From Candidatus Peregrinibacteria bacterium CG2_30_44_17 (GTDB lineage Bacteria > Patescibacteriota > Gracilibacteria > UBA1369 > UBA12470): 64,000 nucleotides of DNA. The number at the start of each line of letters is the position of its first letter. The stretch's first letter is position 1. Location of the stretch: NCBI GenBank assembly GCA_001873565.1, contig MNZJ01000012.1:439-64438 (forward strand). The letters run 5' to 3'. The notes beneath the pieces are model-generated. The model was not told where the DNA came from. It did no database searches and was given only the letters and a program-made list of their open reading frames with translations. This document shows positions 43,655 through 52,894 of this stretch, in pieces. The position numbers and the translations under genes were made by a program.

Positions 43655-44836
43655 TTAAATTTCGTGCTTTGGGACTGAGTCCGCCGTACCTACAGGCAAA
43701 TATTTAACAAGTGGCTTGAGTCCTATAATGGATATTATAGTCGTTGCGAACGCCATGACAACCAAAACCGAGAATACCTCAGTACCGATAACTCCGTATT
43801 CCAACCCGATTGACGCTATAATCAGCTCTACCGCGCCGCGACTGTTCATCGCAAGTCCGATGCCGAGAGACTCTTTTGGTCCTAATTTGGTCATTCTTGC
43901 AGCCAGTCCGCAACCAACTATTTTTCCCAAAGTCGCAACTAATATTACGACAACTGTGAATAGCGCCGCTGTTTTGAAAGCCGAAAAATCCAAATGGAAA
44001 GCCAGTGACGCGAAGAAGATTGGCCCAAATAGACTATATGAGAGCCCGTAAACTCTATCTTCTATTTTGTTAAACAGTCCGACCTCTATGATCTCTTCCC
44101 TGAGAAAAAGACCTGCCAAAAATGCTCCTATAATTATGTGCAGACCTATTGCCTCCGCTACAAGTCCGAAGCCTAATGCTACGATGATCGTAAAAGTAAA
44201 AGCTTTGTTCCCAGCATACAACACCTTGTTAAGTTGCCTGAAAAACCTCTTGCCCAGAAACAACACTATCCCAAAGAATGCCACTATCTTACCTATCAAA
44301 ATACTGAGTTCCACTGCGTCTATATGCCCTTTTTCTGCAATACTTAACACGACCGAGAAGAGTATGAGTCCCAATATGTCATCTATAATCGCCGCGCCCA
44401 TAGTGATATGAGCCACTCTGGAATTCATGATTGCGTAGTCTTTGAAAAGCTTCGCACTTACTGCAATCGCCGTTATCGACAACCCCATTGCTATGAAGAG
44501 AGACTCCGTGAATGAGTATCCAAAAAGATGAGACACGCCAAGTCCCAATGCAAAAGGCAGAACCACGCCCGCTACGCCAACCAGTACCGCTCTCTTTGAG
44601 GCTTTGAAAAGATCTTTTGGACTTGTTTCCAGTCCTGCGTGCAGCATAAGAAAGAATATTCCGAGCTCTGCCATAACTTTGATAGCCTCGCTCTCCTCAA
44701 CGACACCAAGAACAACTGGTCCTACTATGATACCTGCAAGGATTTCGCCAAATAATGGCGGCCAATTGAACTGCCGGAATACCCGGCCTATGGCCCATAC
44801 GCTTGCTATCAGTAGAAATATTTGAAAATATGGCAT
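43655..44836 (-). CDS. Cation:proton antiporter (CPA2 family, Kef/NapA-like membrane domain)
   Basis: 393 aa and polytopic. PPLFGEILAGIIVGPVVLG, AELGIFFLMLHAGLE and GAFLAGLFL are typical of Na_H_Exchanger domains. Confidence 0.85.
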   Translation of the reverse strand: MPYFQIFLLIASVWAIGRVFRQFNWPPLFGEILAGIIVGPVVLGVVEESEAIKVMAELGIFFLMLHAGLETSPKDLFKASKRAVLVGVAGVVLPFALGLGVSHLFGYSFTESLFIAMGLSITAIAVSAKLFKDYAIMNSRVAHITMGAAIIDDILGLILFSVVLSIAEKGHIDAVELSILIGKIVAFFGIVLFLGKRFFRQLNKVLYAGNKAFTFTIIVALGFGLVAEAIGLHIIIGAFLAGLFLREEIIEVGLFNKIEDRVYGLSYSLFGPIFFASLAFHLDFSAFKTAALFTVVVILVATLGKIVGCGLAARMTKLGPKESLGIGLAMNSRGAVELIIASIGLEYGVIGTEVFSVLVVMAFATTIISIIGLKPLVKYLPVGTADSVPKHEI

Positions 44837-44981
44837 GAATATTTAGTTAGTAGTTAGTGGGTAGTAACTGCATGTGGCTAGTAAAATTTTCGGCCCGACT
44901 TGGTCCGTTTGTTTTGATTTCAGAACAAAACTATTATTGCGGAATTTGTTAGCCGTTGCAAGTGGTGCTTTTTTTTAAAAA

Positions 44982-46025
44982 TCAGCTATTCTCAGGCCTC
45001 AGCTTCCTAGTCGTCTCTCCAGCTCGCCACATCTCTGAGTCGTGCATTTCTTTTAGTTCCGCTTCGAGCTTTTCGCGATAGTCCGGAGTGCTGTTCGCCT
45101 CAAGTACTATCCGTGTTTCCGTACCGTCTTTCACACTATCATAAAGCTTCTCGAACACCGGAGCTGTCGCCGCCCTAAATTCATGACGCCAGTCGAGAGC
45201 CCCACGCTGCGCCGTTGTTGAGCAGTTGGCAAGCATCCAGTCCATTCCTTGCTCATTTATCAGCGGAATAAGGCTACGTGTAGCCTCCTCTACAGTCTCG
45301 TTAAAAGCTTCGCTCGGGCTGTGTCCGCGTTTTCGAAGCTCGCTATACTGAGCTTCCATGATTCCACAAACTGCGCCCACAAGCACTCCGCGTTCTCCTG
45401 TAAGATCACTATATACCTCTTTTTCAAAAGTTGTTTCAAAAAGGAACCCCGACCCTATTCCCATCCCTATTGCCAAAGCTTTTTCACGCGCGCTGCCAGA
45501 ACTATCTTGGTGTATCGCATAGCTCGAATTCACACCTTTCCCTTCCGCAAAAAGCTTGCGCAAAGATACTCCAGGACCTTTTGGCGCAACAAGAATTACG
45601 TCTATATCCTGAGGTGGATCCACGTTGGTTTGATCTTTGTATACGAGCGAAAATCCATGCGCGAAACATAAGGTTTTGCCTCCTACCAAGTATGGTTTTA
45701 TCGTTGGCCATGCCACCTTTTGTCCTGCGTCAGACAATAGATAGAAAAGTATCGTTCCTCTTTTACACCCTTCCTCTATTGAGAATAGTGTCTCTCCCGA
45801 CGCCCATCCGTCTGCCACCGCTTTGTCCCATGATTTACCCCCTTTGCGCTGACCTATAATGACATTAAATCCGTTGTCACGCAGATTAAGAGCCTGAGCC
45901 TGCCCCTGCACTCCATATCCAATAATTGCCAACGTCTCGTCTTTTAGCGTTTCGAGAGCTTTTTCCATTGGGAATTCTTGTTTTGTCACGACATCTTCTA
46001 TGGTGCCGCCGAAGTCCATTTTCAT
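44982..46025 (-). CDS. ilvC: Ketol-acid reductoisomerase (class I)
   Basis: LAIIGYGVQGQAQALNLRDNGFNVIIGQR Rossmann motif, then LFAEGKGVNSSYAIHQD and CSTTAQRGALDW. Confidence 0.93.
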   Translation of the reverse strand: MKMDFGGTIEDVVTKQEFPMEKALETLKDETLAIIGYGVQGQAQALNLRDNGFNVIIGQRKGGKSWDKAVADGWASGETLFSIEEGCKRGTILFYLLSDAGQKVAWPTIKPYLVGGKTLCFAHGFSLVYKDQTNVDPPQDIDVILVAPKGPGVSLRKLFAEGKGVNSSYAIHQDSSGSAREKALAIGMGIGSGFLFETTFEKEVYSDLTGERGVLVGAVCGIMEAQYSELRKRGHSPSEAFNETVEEATRSLIPLINEQGMDWMLANCSTTAQRGALDWRHEFRAATAPVFEKLYDSVKDGTETRIVLEANSTPDYREKLEAELKEMHDSEMWRAGETTRKLRPENS

Positions 46026-46043
46026 GAGTGTAGGGTGTAGGAT

Positions 46044-46421
46044 TTAGTCGACGGATGCGACTGCGTCTATTTCGACTTTTACATCCAATGGGAGTCTGGC
46101 TACCTGCACTGTAGCACGCGCCGGGTAATCTGCCTCAAAAAACGATGCGTAAACTTCGTTGACCGTTTTGAAATCACCCATGTCCTTAAGAAATATCGTT
46201 GTCTTAACTATCTGCCCAAGCCCTGAGCCTGCTGCTTCCAATACAGCTTTGACGTTGTTCATGCACTGGCGAGCCTGCTCGGAGACGTCTTCGCTAACCA
46301 GTTCGCCTGCCGGTGTGTATGGGATTTGTCCCGAACAAAATACGAATCCATTTGCTTTCACCGCTTGCGAATAAGGTCCCACCGCTTGTGGTGCTGCGTC
46401 AGTTTTGACTATTTCTTTCAT
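46044..46421 (-). CDS. ridA: RidA/YjgF-family reactive enamine/imine deaminase
   Basis: APQAVGPYSQAVKANGFVFCSGQIP...TTIFLKDMGDFKTVNEVYASFF...PARATVQVARLPLDVKVEID. Confidence 0.9.
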   Translation of the reverse strand: MKEIVKTDAAPQAVGPYSQAVKANGFVFCSGQIPYTPAGELVSEDVSEQARQCMNNVKAVLEAAGSGLGQIVKTTIFLKDMGDFKTVNEVYASFFEADYPARATVQVARLPLDVKVEIDAVASVD

Positions 46422-46570
46422 CTTTTTATTTGGTTAATGATATTCCGTCTTGAATTCATTCATATCTTGAAGCATCTGAGGCGTTTTTTCAAATGTGGAT
46501 AAGATTTTTTCCCGAAAGATCTCGCCAACTCAAGGCGAATATAATATAGCCGAACTAAGGATGAGCTTTT

Positions 46571-47953
46571 TTAGATTTCAAAAGTTTCACCCGGCTGAGG
46601 GATCTGAATATCAGTGAACCCATTTTGCTGGAGCGCTTTTTTGTACTCCATTTGAGCTTTCTCTTCGCCGTGTACGATGAAAATTTTCTTAAGTCCTTTC
46701 AAATGAGTCGCGAACGAGAGCAAGTCTGAACGGTCTGCATGACCTGAATATGAGTCTATTACTTCGACTTCCGCATTTAAGCGGTAAGGCTTTCCGAATA
46801 TCTTGACCTCGCCTTCCTTGTTAAGAATTTTTCTGCCTAATGTGTTCTCCGCCATATAGCCTACTATAAGCACTGTGTTGCGGTGGTCTTCGATGTTGTT
46901 TTTGAGGTGGTGATTGATGCGTCCGAATTCGCACATGCCAGATGCCGATATGATAATGCATGGTCCTACATGATGATTTAGAGCCTTGGATTCTTCTACC
47001 TTGGTAATGTATCTCAGCATGGAAAACCCGAATGGATCTTCTTCATTATCTGCGAAGATTTTGTTTGTTTCGATGTCATAAGCTTCTTTGTGTTTTCGAA
47101 ATACTTCAGTGACGTTTACTGCCAATGGGCTGTCTACATATACTGGCAAGTCTTCACTTACTCGTCCGCTTTTTACTAATTTATGAATTGCGTATACGAT
47201 TTCCTGCGTCCTTTCCAATGCGAATGCAGGGATTATCACTTTGCCTCCTTTTTTAATTGTACGATTTATGATGTCTCCGAGTTTATCCTCCGCCTCTACA
47301 ACAGATTCATGCAGCCTATTACCGTAAGTTGATTCCGTAATAAGTATGTCTGCGTTTTCTGGTTTGTATGGGTCTCTAAGAACTGGCAAATCTTTGCGAC
47401 CAAGATCTCCTGTAAATATGATCTTCTTGCCTTCCGCCTCTATCTCCAACATAGCTGCACCCAATATGTGTCCCGCTTCTCGAAAAGTGATTTTCATCCC
47501 CGGTACAGGCTCAAAAGGCTCATTGTATTTTTGTTCTTTGAAATATTCCAGCGCAAGAGTTGCGTCTTCCTGAGTATATATAGGTTCGATCAATTCATCT
47601 CCCTGCTTTCTATTTTTTTCATTCAGATATTCCGATTCACGCTCTTGTATATATGCGCTGTCCATGAGCATGTGATTACAGAGATCGTGAGTTGCTGGCG
47701 TACAGTGAATTGCTCCCTTGTATCCTTGTTTAACAAGATTAGGCAAGCTTCCGCTGTGGTCTATGTGCGCATGAGAAAGCACGACAGCGTCTATCTCCGA
47801 TGGAATAAATTGAAAATTGCGGTTTTTCTCCTCAGCTTCTTTGCGGCGACCCTGAAACATGCCACAGTCAAATAGAACCTTCTTACCTCCAATTTCTATC
47901 ATATGCTTTGACCCTGTGACTTCCCTTGCGGCCCCGTAAGACGTGAATTTCAT
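46571..47953 (-). CDS. MBL-fold beta-CASP family hydrolase (RNA-metabolising, CPSF/RNase J-like)
   Basis: VLSHAHIDHSGSLP (the HxHxDH motif), followed by beta-CASP and a C-terminal ...SGHADRSDL motif. Confidence 0.88.
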   Translation of the reverse strand: MKFTSYGAAREVTGSKHMIEIGGKKVLFDCGMFQGRRKEAEEKNRNFQFIPSEIDAVVLSHAHIDHSGSLPNLVKQGYKGAIHCTPATHDLCNHMLMDSAYIQERESEYLNEKNRKQGDELIEPIYTQEDATLALEYFKEQKYNEPFEPVPGMKITFREAGHILGAAMLEIEAEGKKIIFTGDLGRKDLPVLRDPYKPENADILITESTYGNRLHESVVEAEDKLGDIINRTIKKGGKVIIPAFALERTQEIVYAIHKLVKSGRVSEDLPVYVDSPLAVNVTEVFRKHKEAYDIETNKIFADNEEDPFGFSMLRYITKVEESKALNHHVGPCIIISASGMCEFGRINHHLKNNIEDHRNTVLIVGYMAENTLGRKILNKEGEVKIFGKPYRLNAEVEVIDSYSGHADRSDLLSFATHLKGLKKIFIVHGEEKAQMEYKKALQQNGFTDIQIPQPGETFEI

Positions 47954-48059
47954 ATTTTAAGGAGTTTTTGTGTTTATTGACTCCTGTTATTATACCATCT
48001 TTTTGTCGTCAGCGCCAGAGCCGTCCTGTAGTGTAGTGCTCCTACCGCCATGCCTCCAT

Positions 48060-48078
48060 TAGGGCCTGTTCACACTAA
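48060..48078. repeat. 19-nt exact repeat tagggcctgttcacactaa overlapping the stop codon of a minus-strand gene (copy 2 of 2)
   Basis: Identical to 35114-35132. Confidence 0.8.
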
Positions 48079-48410
48079 GAAGACATGCCAAGTACCATCA
48101 AACCTCCAAGAGCAATCAATATAACCGAGTTGAAAATGAGACCCAAGATGCAGAAAACTTTTTTTCTATCTTTCTGAAAAAGTACAGCAATGCCAAGACC
48201 GACTCCGACAAGCGCTCCGAAGATGCCAGCTATCATCATAAGTCCTATGATGCCAGCTATCGGATCGTCAGCGTTGATTCCACCCGGGGTAGACATCTCT
48301 ATATACCCGGCCACCATTGTTAAGAGAAATTCCGCTACTCCCGCGACCAATGAGATTACAAATGATGCTATCCCCAGTCCCGAGTGTTTTAATGCCATTT
48401 CTTTTGTCAT
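48075..48410 (-). CDS. Hypothetical small membrane protein (3 TM)
   Basis: 111-aa hydrophobic, Gly-rich ORF. Confidence 0.5.
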   Translation of the reverse strand: MTKEMALKHSGLGIASFVISLVAGVAEFLLTMVAGYIEMSTPGGINADDPIAGIIGLMMIAGIFGALVGVGLGIAVLFQKDRKKVFCILGLIFNSVILIALGGLMVLGMSS

Positions 48411-48455
48411 TTTTTTAATATTTAAAGGATTTGTTGACGAAAGTATATCAATTCT

Positions 48456-49463
48456 TTACCAAGGCTTCAATACTCCACTTGAGAAGTCCATATTGCTGTC
48501 CGTGATAACACCGATGTTCTCTGAATATTTCTTAAGTCGCGACAACATATCCGCCGCGCCTTCTTCGTCCATCAAGTATGGATCTCCCCTGTAAGGTTCG
48601 GCTAATTTAATCGGAATAAGCTGATATGTCGGGTTAGACGGATCCGTGAAGCTCAGATATATTCCAAGGCCTTCTTGCGTTCCGGCCGACCAGTATTGAT
48701 CGAATACAAAATTGCCGAGCGAATAGAAAATCATTCCGTCGCCGTAGTTTTCGATGGACTGTATAACATGGGGATGAGTTCCCCAAACCATATCGGCTCC
48801 TGCGTCTACGAAATCATGCGCATGCTGCTGAATAGAACTTGATGGCGTGTTTACATATTCCGTACCCCAATGAATCGCTACTATCGTAAAATCGGTTTGT
48901 TCCGCTATTTCTTTGGTCAGATTTACCGCCGCTTCATAATCCAATGCGGCTTCAACCTCATTGAATCCAAGCCATCCTACTACCTGCCCGTTTATTTCCT
49001 GAATGTATGATGAGAACTCGTTCACCTCGCGCGGGTTGCCAACGTAGCTTAATCCTGCAGCCGCCGTATACGTTCGCGTCTGCTCGTATCCTGTCTCGCC
49101 CTGGTTAAGCATATGATTGTTTGCAAGGCTAACGAATGAGACTCCCTGCGCAGCGAGCAATTCCGCCGTCTCGGGCATAAACCTGAAACACAGTTCGCAA
49201 TAAGACACTTGGTAATCTGTTACAGGACCTTCCAAGTTTACCGCCACAATGTCCGGTTCGCTTGAGTATGTGCTTATTATTTCCGGCAAATTCGTAAATG
49301 GGAAAGTCGGTTCGGTTTCTGCATATCTTGAACGCAAAGTTGCAATGTATCGTCCCAACATTACGTCTCCAAAAAACAGCATTTCTACAGGTTCTTGCGG
49401 TTTAAGTGGCTCTATTGTCCGTATATATGCGATCCTGCCGGCGTGATAGAGTTTGTTCTGCAT
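48456..49463 (-). CDS. capA: CapA/PgsA-family metallophosphoesterase-like protein; a signal-anchor helix is encoded upstream of the first canonical start
   Basis: FFGDVMLGRY, NLEGPVT, SLANNHMLNQG, HWGTEY, GADMVWGTHPHVIQ, YSLGNFVFDQ. In-frame codons 49553-49470 encode KQTAILTKIITTILLIVSNVTGYLIEDN with no ATG/GTG/TTG. Confidence 0.8.
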   Translation of the reverse strand: MQNKLYHAGRIAYIRTIEPLKPQEPVEMLFFGDVMLGRYIATLRSRYAETEPTFPFTNLPEIISTYSSEPDIVAVNLEGPVTDYQVSYCELCFRFMPETAELLAAQGVSFVSLANNHMLNQGETGYEQTRTYTAAAGLSYVGNPREVNEFSSYIQEINGQVVGWLGFNEVEAALDYEAAVNLTKEIAEQTDFTIVAIHWGTEYVNTPSSSIQQHAHDFVDAGADMVWGTHPHVIQSIENYGDGMIFYSLGNFVFDQYWSAGTQEGLGIYLSFTDPSNPTYQLIPIKLAEPYRGDPYLMDEEGAADMLSRLKKYSENIGVITDSNMDFSSGVLKPW

Positions 49464-49564
49464 GAACAAGTTGTCCTCGATTAAGTATCCGGTGACATTA
49501 CTGACTATGAGCAGAATTGTTGTGATGATTTTGGTTAAGATCGCTGTTTGTTTTTAGAGAGTCC

Positions 49565-49987
49565 TTAGTAATGGTATTTTTTGCCGCTCAAGATGGTGCC
49601 GCTTCTATAAAGCTGTTCAAGCAAAAGTATGTAGGCAAGCTGATGGGTAAAAGTTAATTTTGAAAAAGAGAGTCGTAAGTGTGCTTTTGATATTACGTCC
49701 TCTGGAAACCCATGTGGGCCGCCTATAAGGAAAGTTATCGCCCCTTTGCCGAAATCTCTCTGGTCTCTGACTATCTCAGCAAGCTCTTCCGATGAGTACT
49801 GTTTACCCTGAATATCCAGTGCGATTATGTAAGTTTGCGGATCGAGTGACCTTGCCACAGCGTCATCATCTTTCTTCGTTTCGACAGAGATATCCGCAAA
49901 AGCCTGAAGGCGTTTTAAGAATTCTTTCTCGCTTTCCTCATACTCTTTTTTGAGTTTCCCTGTTTTTAGGATTGTTATTTTGAGCAT
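49565..49987 (-). CDS. rlmH: 23S rRNA (pseudouridine1915-N3)-methyltransferase RlmH (SPOUT)
   Basis: ITFLIGGPHGFPEDV...LSFSKLTFTHQLAYILLLEQLYR. Confidence 0.9.
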   Translation of the reverse strand: MLKITILKTGKLKKEYEESEKEFLKRLQAFADISVETKKDDDAVARSLDPQTYIIALDIQGKQYSSEELAEIVRDQRDFGKGAITFLIGGPHGFPEDVISKAHLRLSFSKLTFTHQLAYILLLEQLYRSGTILSGKKYHY

Positions 49988-50041
49988 TTGTTCCTAATAT
50001 GCGTGCGCTTTCTTAGAAGACTCCTTACAGGAATATTACCC

Positions 50042-51421
50042 ATGCAACTTCAAAAAGGTCAAACAATAACTACAGAAATTACGAAACTTGCTTTTGGTGG
50101 ACGAGGTATCGGGCAACTTGACGATGGCAGAAAAGTCTTTGTTGAAGGGGCAATACCCGGAGATAAAATCGAATGTACTCTTACAAAAATCAAGAAGAAC
50201 TATGCCGAGGCTGACCTTGTACGGATTGTTGCGCCTGCGAAAAATCGAATCGATGCCAAATGTAAGCATTTTGACCGCTGCGGAGGATGTAAATGGCAGA
50301 TGCTAGAGTATAAAGATCAGCTTAAATACAAAGAAGATCAAGTCCGCGAAGCTCTGGCGCATACCGGAGGCCTTGCCGACAGTGCCGATCTTGTTAAGCC
50401 GATCATCGGCTGTGACTACCCTTGGCTTTATCGTAATAAAATGGAGTTTTCTTTCGGTAATGAGTCGAAAGACGACGCTGAAGTAAGAGTCGGACTGCAC
50501 CCTGCCGGTCGCAGAGTCGATGTCTTTGATGTCGAGGAGTGCTTTATCGGATCTGAGATTGCCGCAGAGATTTTGTTAAGAGTCCGTACTTTTGTTCGCG
50601 ATCACAAATTGTCTTTTTATAATCACAAGACAGATACTGGACTTCTTTCTTCTCTTTTTATCCGTGAAGGTAAGAATACCGGTGAAATTATGATAAATCT
50701 TGTCACTTGCAGCTCGGAGTTCAAACACAAAAAAGAGTTCGTTGAACTTTTTCAAGACCTTCCGGAAGTCACCTCTATTTATTGGACGGCAATCAAGAGA
50801 AAACGCGGCGTACCGACTCAACATTACGAGAATTTGCTTTATGGAAAACCTACTATGGAGGAAGAGCTCAAACGTCCTGATGGCACAAGTCTGAAATTCA
50901 AGATTTCACCTCAATCTTTTTTTCAGCCAAATACAAAACAAGCCGAAGTCTTGTATGCGGAAGTTCTAAAAGCCGCCGAACTCACCGGAGAGCAGAATGT
51001 CTTTGACCTATATTGCGGAACAGGCACAATCGGACTCTTTTGTTCAAATAATGCGAAGATGGTTTATGGTATCGAGCTGAATGAATCCGCTGTCAAAAAT
51101 GCCAAGCAGAACATGATACTCAATGGCATCGAGAATGCATGGTTTAAGGCAGGCAACGTTGATGCCAAGCTATATGACATCCCCGCAGTGCCAGATGTTG
51201 TAATTGTCGATCCTCCAAGATCCGGATTAGGAGAAAAAGTCGTAGAAAAAGTTTGCGGATTTGATCCTAAAAAAATCGTATACGTCTCATGCGACCCTGT
51301 TAATCTCGCGCGCGATATTAAGTTCTTTGCGGAGAGAGGTTACAAATTATCTTATGTGCAGCCGGTGGATATGTTTCCGCATACTTATCACATTGAGAAC
51401 GTTGCGCTTTTGGTCAGGTAG
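50042..51421 (+). CDS. rlmD: 23S rRNA (uracil-5)-methyltransferase RlmD/RumA family (TRAM + Fe-S Cys cluster + SAM MTase)
   Basis: TRAM-like GGRGIGQLDDGRKVFVEGAIPGD, then CKHFDRCGGCKWQ, DLYCGTGTIGL, VDPPRSG. The ATG at 50042 is preferred over the track's TTG at 49988. Confidence 0.88.
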   Translation: MQLQKGQTITTEITKLAFGGRGIGQLDDGRKVFVEGAIPGDKIECTLTKIKKNYAEADLVRIVAPAKNRIDAKCKHFDRCGGCKWQMLEYKDQLKYKEDQVREALAHTGGLADSADLVKPIIGCDYPWLYRNKMEFSFGNESKDDAEVRVGLHPAGRRVDVFDVEECFIGSEIAAEILLRVRTFVRDHKLSFYNHKTDTGLLSSLFIREGKNTGEIMINLVTCSSEFKHKKEFVELFQDLPEVTSIYWTAIKRKRGVPTQHYENLLYGKPTMEEELKRPDGTSLKFKISPQSFFQPNTKQAEVLYAEVLKAAELTGEQNVFDLYCGTGTIGLFCSNNAKMVYGIELNESAVKNAKQNMILNGIENAWFKAGNVDAKLYDIPAVPDVVIVDPPRSGLGEKVVEKVCGFDPKKIVYVSCDPVNLARDIKFFAERGYKLSYVQPVDMFPHTYHIENVALLVR

Positions 51422-51490
51422 AGCCAAGTCAAAATAAAATGACATAAAGAGCGATGGTGATTTTGACATATGGCTTGTCTTGTCAAATCC
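51421..51490. repeat. Half copy of the family A MITE-like element
   Basis: gagccaagtcaaaataaaatgacataaagagcgatggtgattttgacatatggc closely matches the arms at 31081-31230. Confidence 0.55.
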
Positions 51491-51517
51491 TTGCATAATT
51501 AGGTATCATAGCTTTTG

Positions 51518-51681
51518 GAGACCTCTGCGAAAGCCAATTAACTACTGCAAAATGACCAATCTGGCTGCAAATTGCGAAAAGCTCATCACCGTATCTAATC
51601 TGATACGCCATCTTCGCTTTTTGCAATTTTCGCACAAATTTGTCATTTTTCGTTAACGTTACTGACTTTTGCAGAGGTCTC
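51518..51681. repeat. About 164-bp long imperfect palindrome (family B, longer variant)
   Basis: The arms are gagacctctgcgaaag and cttttgcagaggtctc. The core aactactgcaaaatgaccaatctggctgcaaattgc is shared with 40840-40936. Confidence 0.6.
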
Positions 51682-51711
51682 TTTGCACTTTTCTTAAAAC
51701 AAAAAACCAAA

Positions 51712-52893
51712 ATGAAAAAAACTATCGCAGCTATTGCCCTTGCGGCTATTGTCCTCAGTGCTATCGGACTCAGTTTTCTTGCTCGCGCCGCTACTTTTGA
51801 AGCTGCTGAGACTTCGATACTAGACGCTTCCTACGATGATGATTTGTATGTTTTTGGTGGCACTGTCGTTGTAAACAAAGATATTAACGGAGATTTGTTG
51901 ATTTTTGGAGGGAATGTAGAGGTCGCAGGCAATGTGGCAGGCGATGTACTTATCGCCGGAGGGCAAGTCGTCTTATCCGGAGATGTTTCCGATGATGTCC
52001 GCGTGGCCGGAGGCTGGGTTAATATCAATGCTAGTGTCGGAGATGACGTCATCGTCGTTGGGGGGACCGTCTCTATGTCCACTCTCAGCACTGTTGGTGG
52101 TGATGTTTATGGCAGTTCCGGTAATGCTAATTTGAACGGGAATTATTCCGGTGATGTGACTTTTGTTGCTTCTACTCTTGTGTTCGGAGGCACAATCCTT
52201 GGTAATGCCAGTTTTACTTCCGAATCAGGGATACATATTGCTGACAATGCCCGCATTGAAGGGAATTTGAGCTATAGATCTTCGAGCCAACTGGCTGTTG
52301 ATAGTAGCATCGTAGGAGGAAGAGTAGCATATCAGAAGTCTGCTTTCAGCTTGTCTGGCGCGAAGGAGCAGATTGCTGACGAGACCTCAAAAGTTACCAG
52401 CGCAGGGTTCATCTTCATGAAAATCTGGTCTTACCTGAGTTTTCTTGTTATTGGATTCGTGCTGATGCTACTTGTACCTTATTCGTTCCGCAGCACTACC
52501 GGTGTTGTCACTACAGAATACTGGAAGAGTCTACTGTATGGCCTGGCTTTTATTATCGGGCTGCCGATCGTCTCTATAATGCTCATCTTTACATTGGTTG
52601 GGTTTAAGCTTGCTCTGATGCTACTGCTCCTTCTTGCCGTCTATTGGGTTTTGGCAAAAATCTATGCGGGTTATATCATTGGCAGCCTTATTTTTATGCC
52701 GAAAAACAAAACCAGTAAGTTCTGGCGTGATTTTGGAAGGATGGCACTTGGGCTGTTTCTGCTTCTCATGCTTTCCGCGATACCTTATATCGGACTTCTA
52801 TTCAATTGGGTTGTGGTATTTATCTCTCTCGGAGGATTTGTGATTTATAACTGGAATGTTGTAACTGAGCTGAGGAAGAAGAAGATGGTGTAA
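51712..52893 (+). CDS. Membrane protein with a signal peptide, a bactofilin/DUF583-like beta-helix repeat ectodomain and a C-terminal multi-TM region
   Basis: MKKTIAAIALAAIVLSAIGLSFLARA, then repeats GDLLIFGGNVEVAGNVAGDVLIAGGQVVLSGDVSDDVRVAGGWVNINASVGDDVIVVGG, then 5-6 hydrophobic helices. The track start at 51640 lies inside the family B repeat. Confidence 0.7.
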   Translation: MKKTIAAIALAAIVLSAIGLSFLARAATFEAAETSILDASYDDDLYVFGGTVVVNKDINGDLLIFGGNVEVAGNVAGDVLIAGGQVVLSGDVSDDVRVAGGWVNINASVGDDVIVVGGTVSMSTLSTVGGDVYGSSGNANLNGNYSGDVTFVASTLVFGGTILGNASFTSESGIHIADNARIEGNLSYRSSSQLAVDSSIVGGRVAYQKSAFSLSGAKEQIADETSKVTSAGFIFMKIWSYLSFLVIGFVLMLLVPYSFRSTTGVVTTEYWKSLLYGLAFIIGLPIVSIMLIFTLVGFKLALMLLLLLAVYWVLAKIYAGYIIGSLIFMPKNKTSKFWRDFGRMALGLFLLLMLSAIPYIGLLFNWVVVFISLGGFVIYNWNVVTELRKKKMV

Positions 52894-52894
52894 G

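Noticed and set aside
35114-48078. The two 19-nt direct repeats as attL/attR of a 13-kb integrated island
   Set aside because: The intervening DNA carries housekeeping genes (ABC-F, ilvC, ridA, a beta-CASP hydrolase, an antiporter) and no integrase. Both repeat copies are in register with stop codons, which fits a 3'-end motif better.
51483-51710. 75-aa minus-strand ORF, possibly a four-helix-bundle (23S IVS-type) protein remnant
   Set aside because: The ORF is composed almost entirely of the family A/B palindromic repeats. I could not match the characteristic motifs of that family. It is most likely non-coding.
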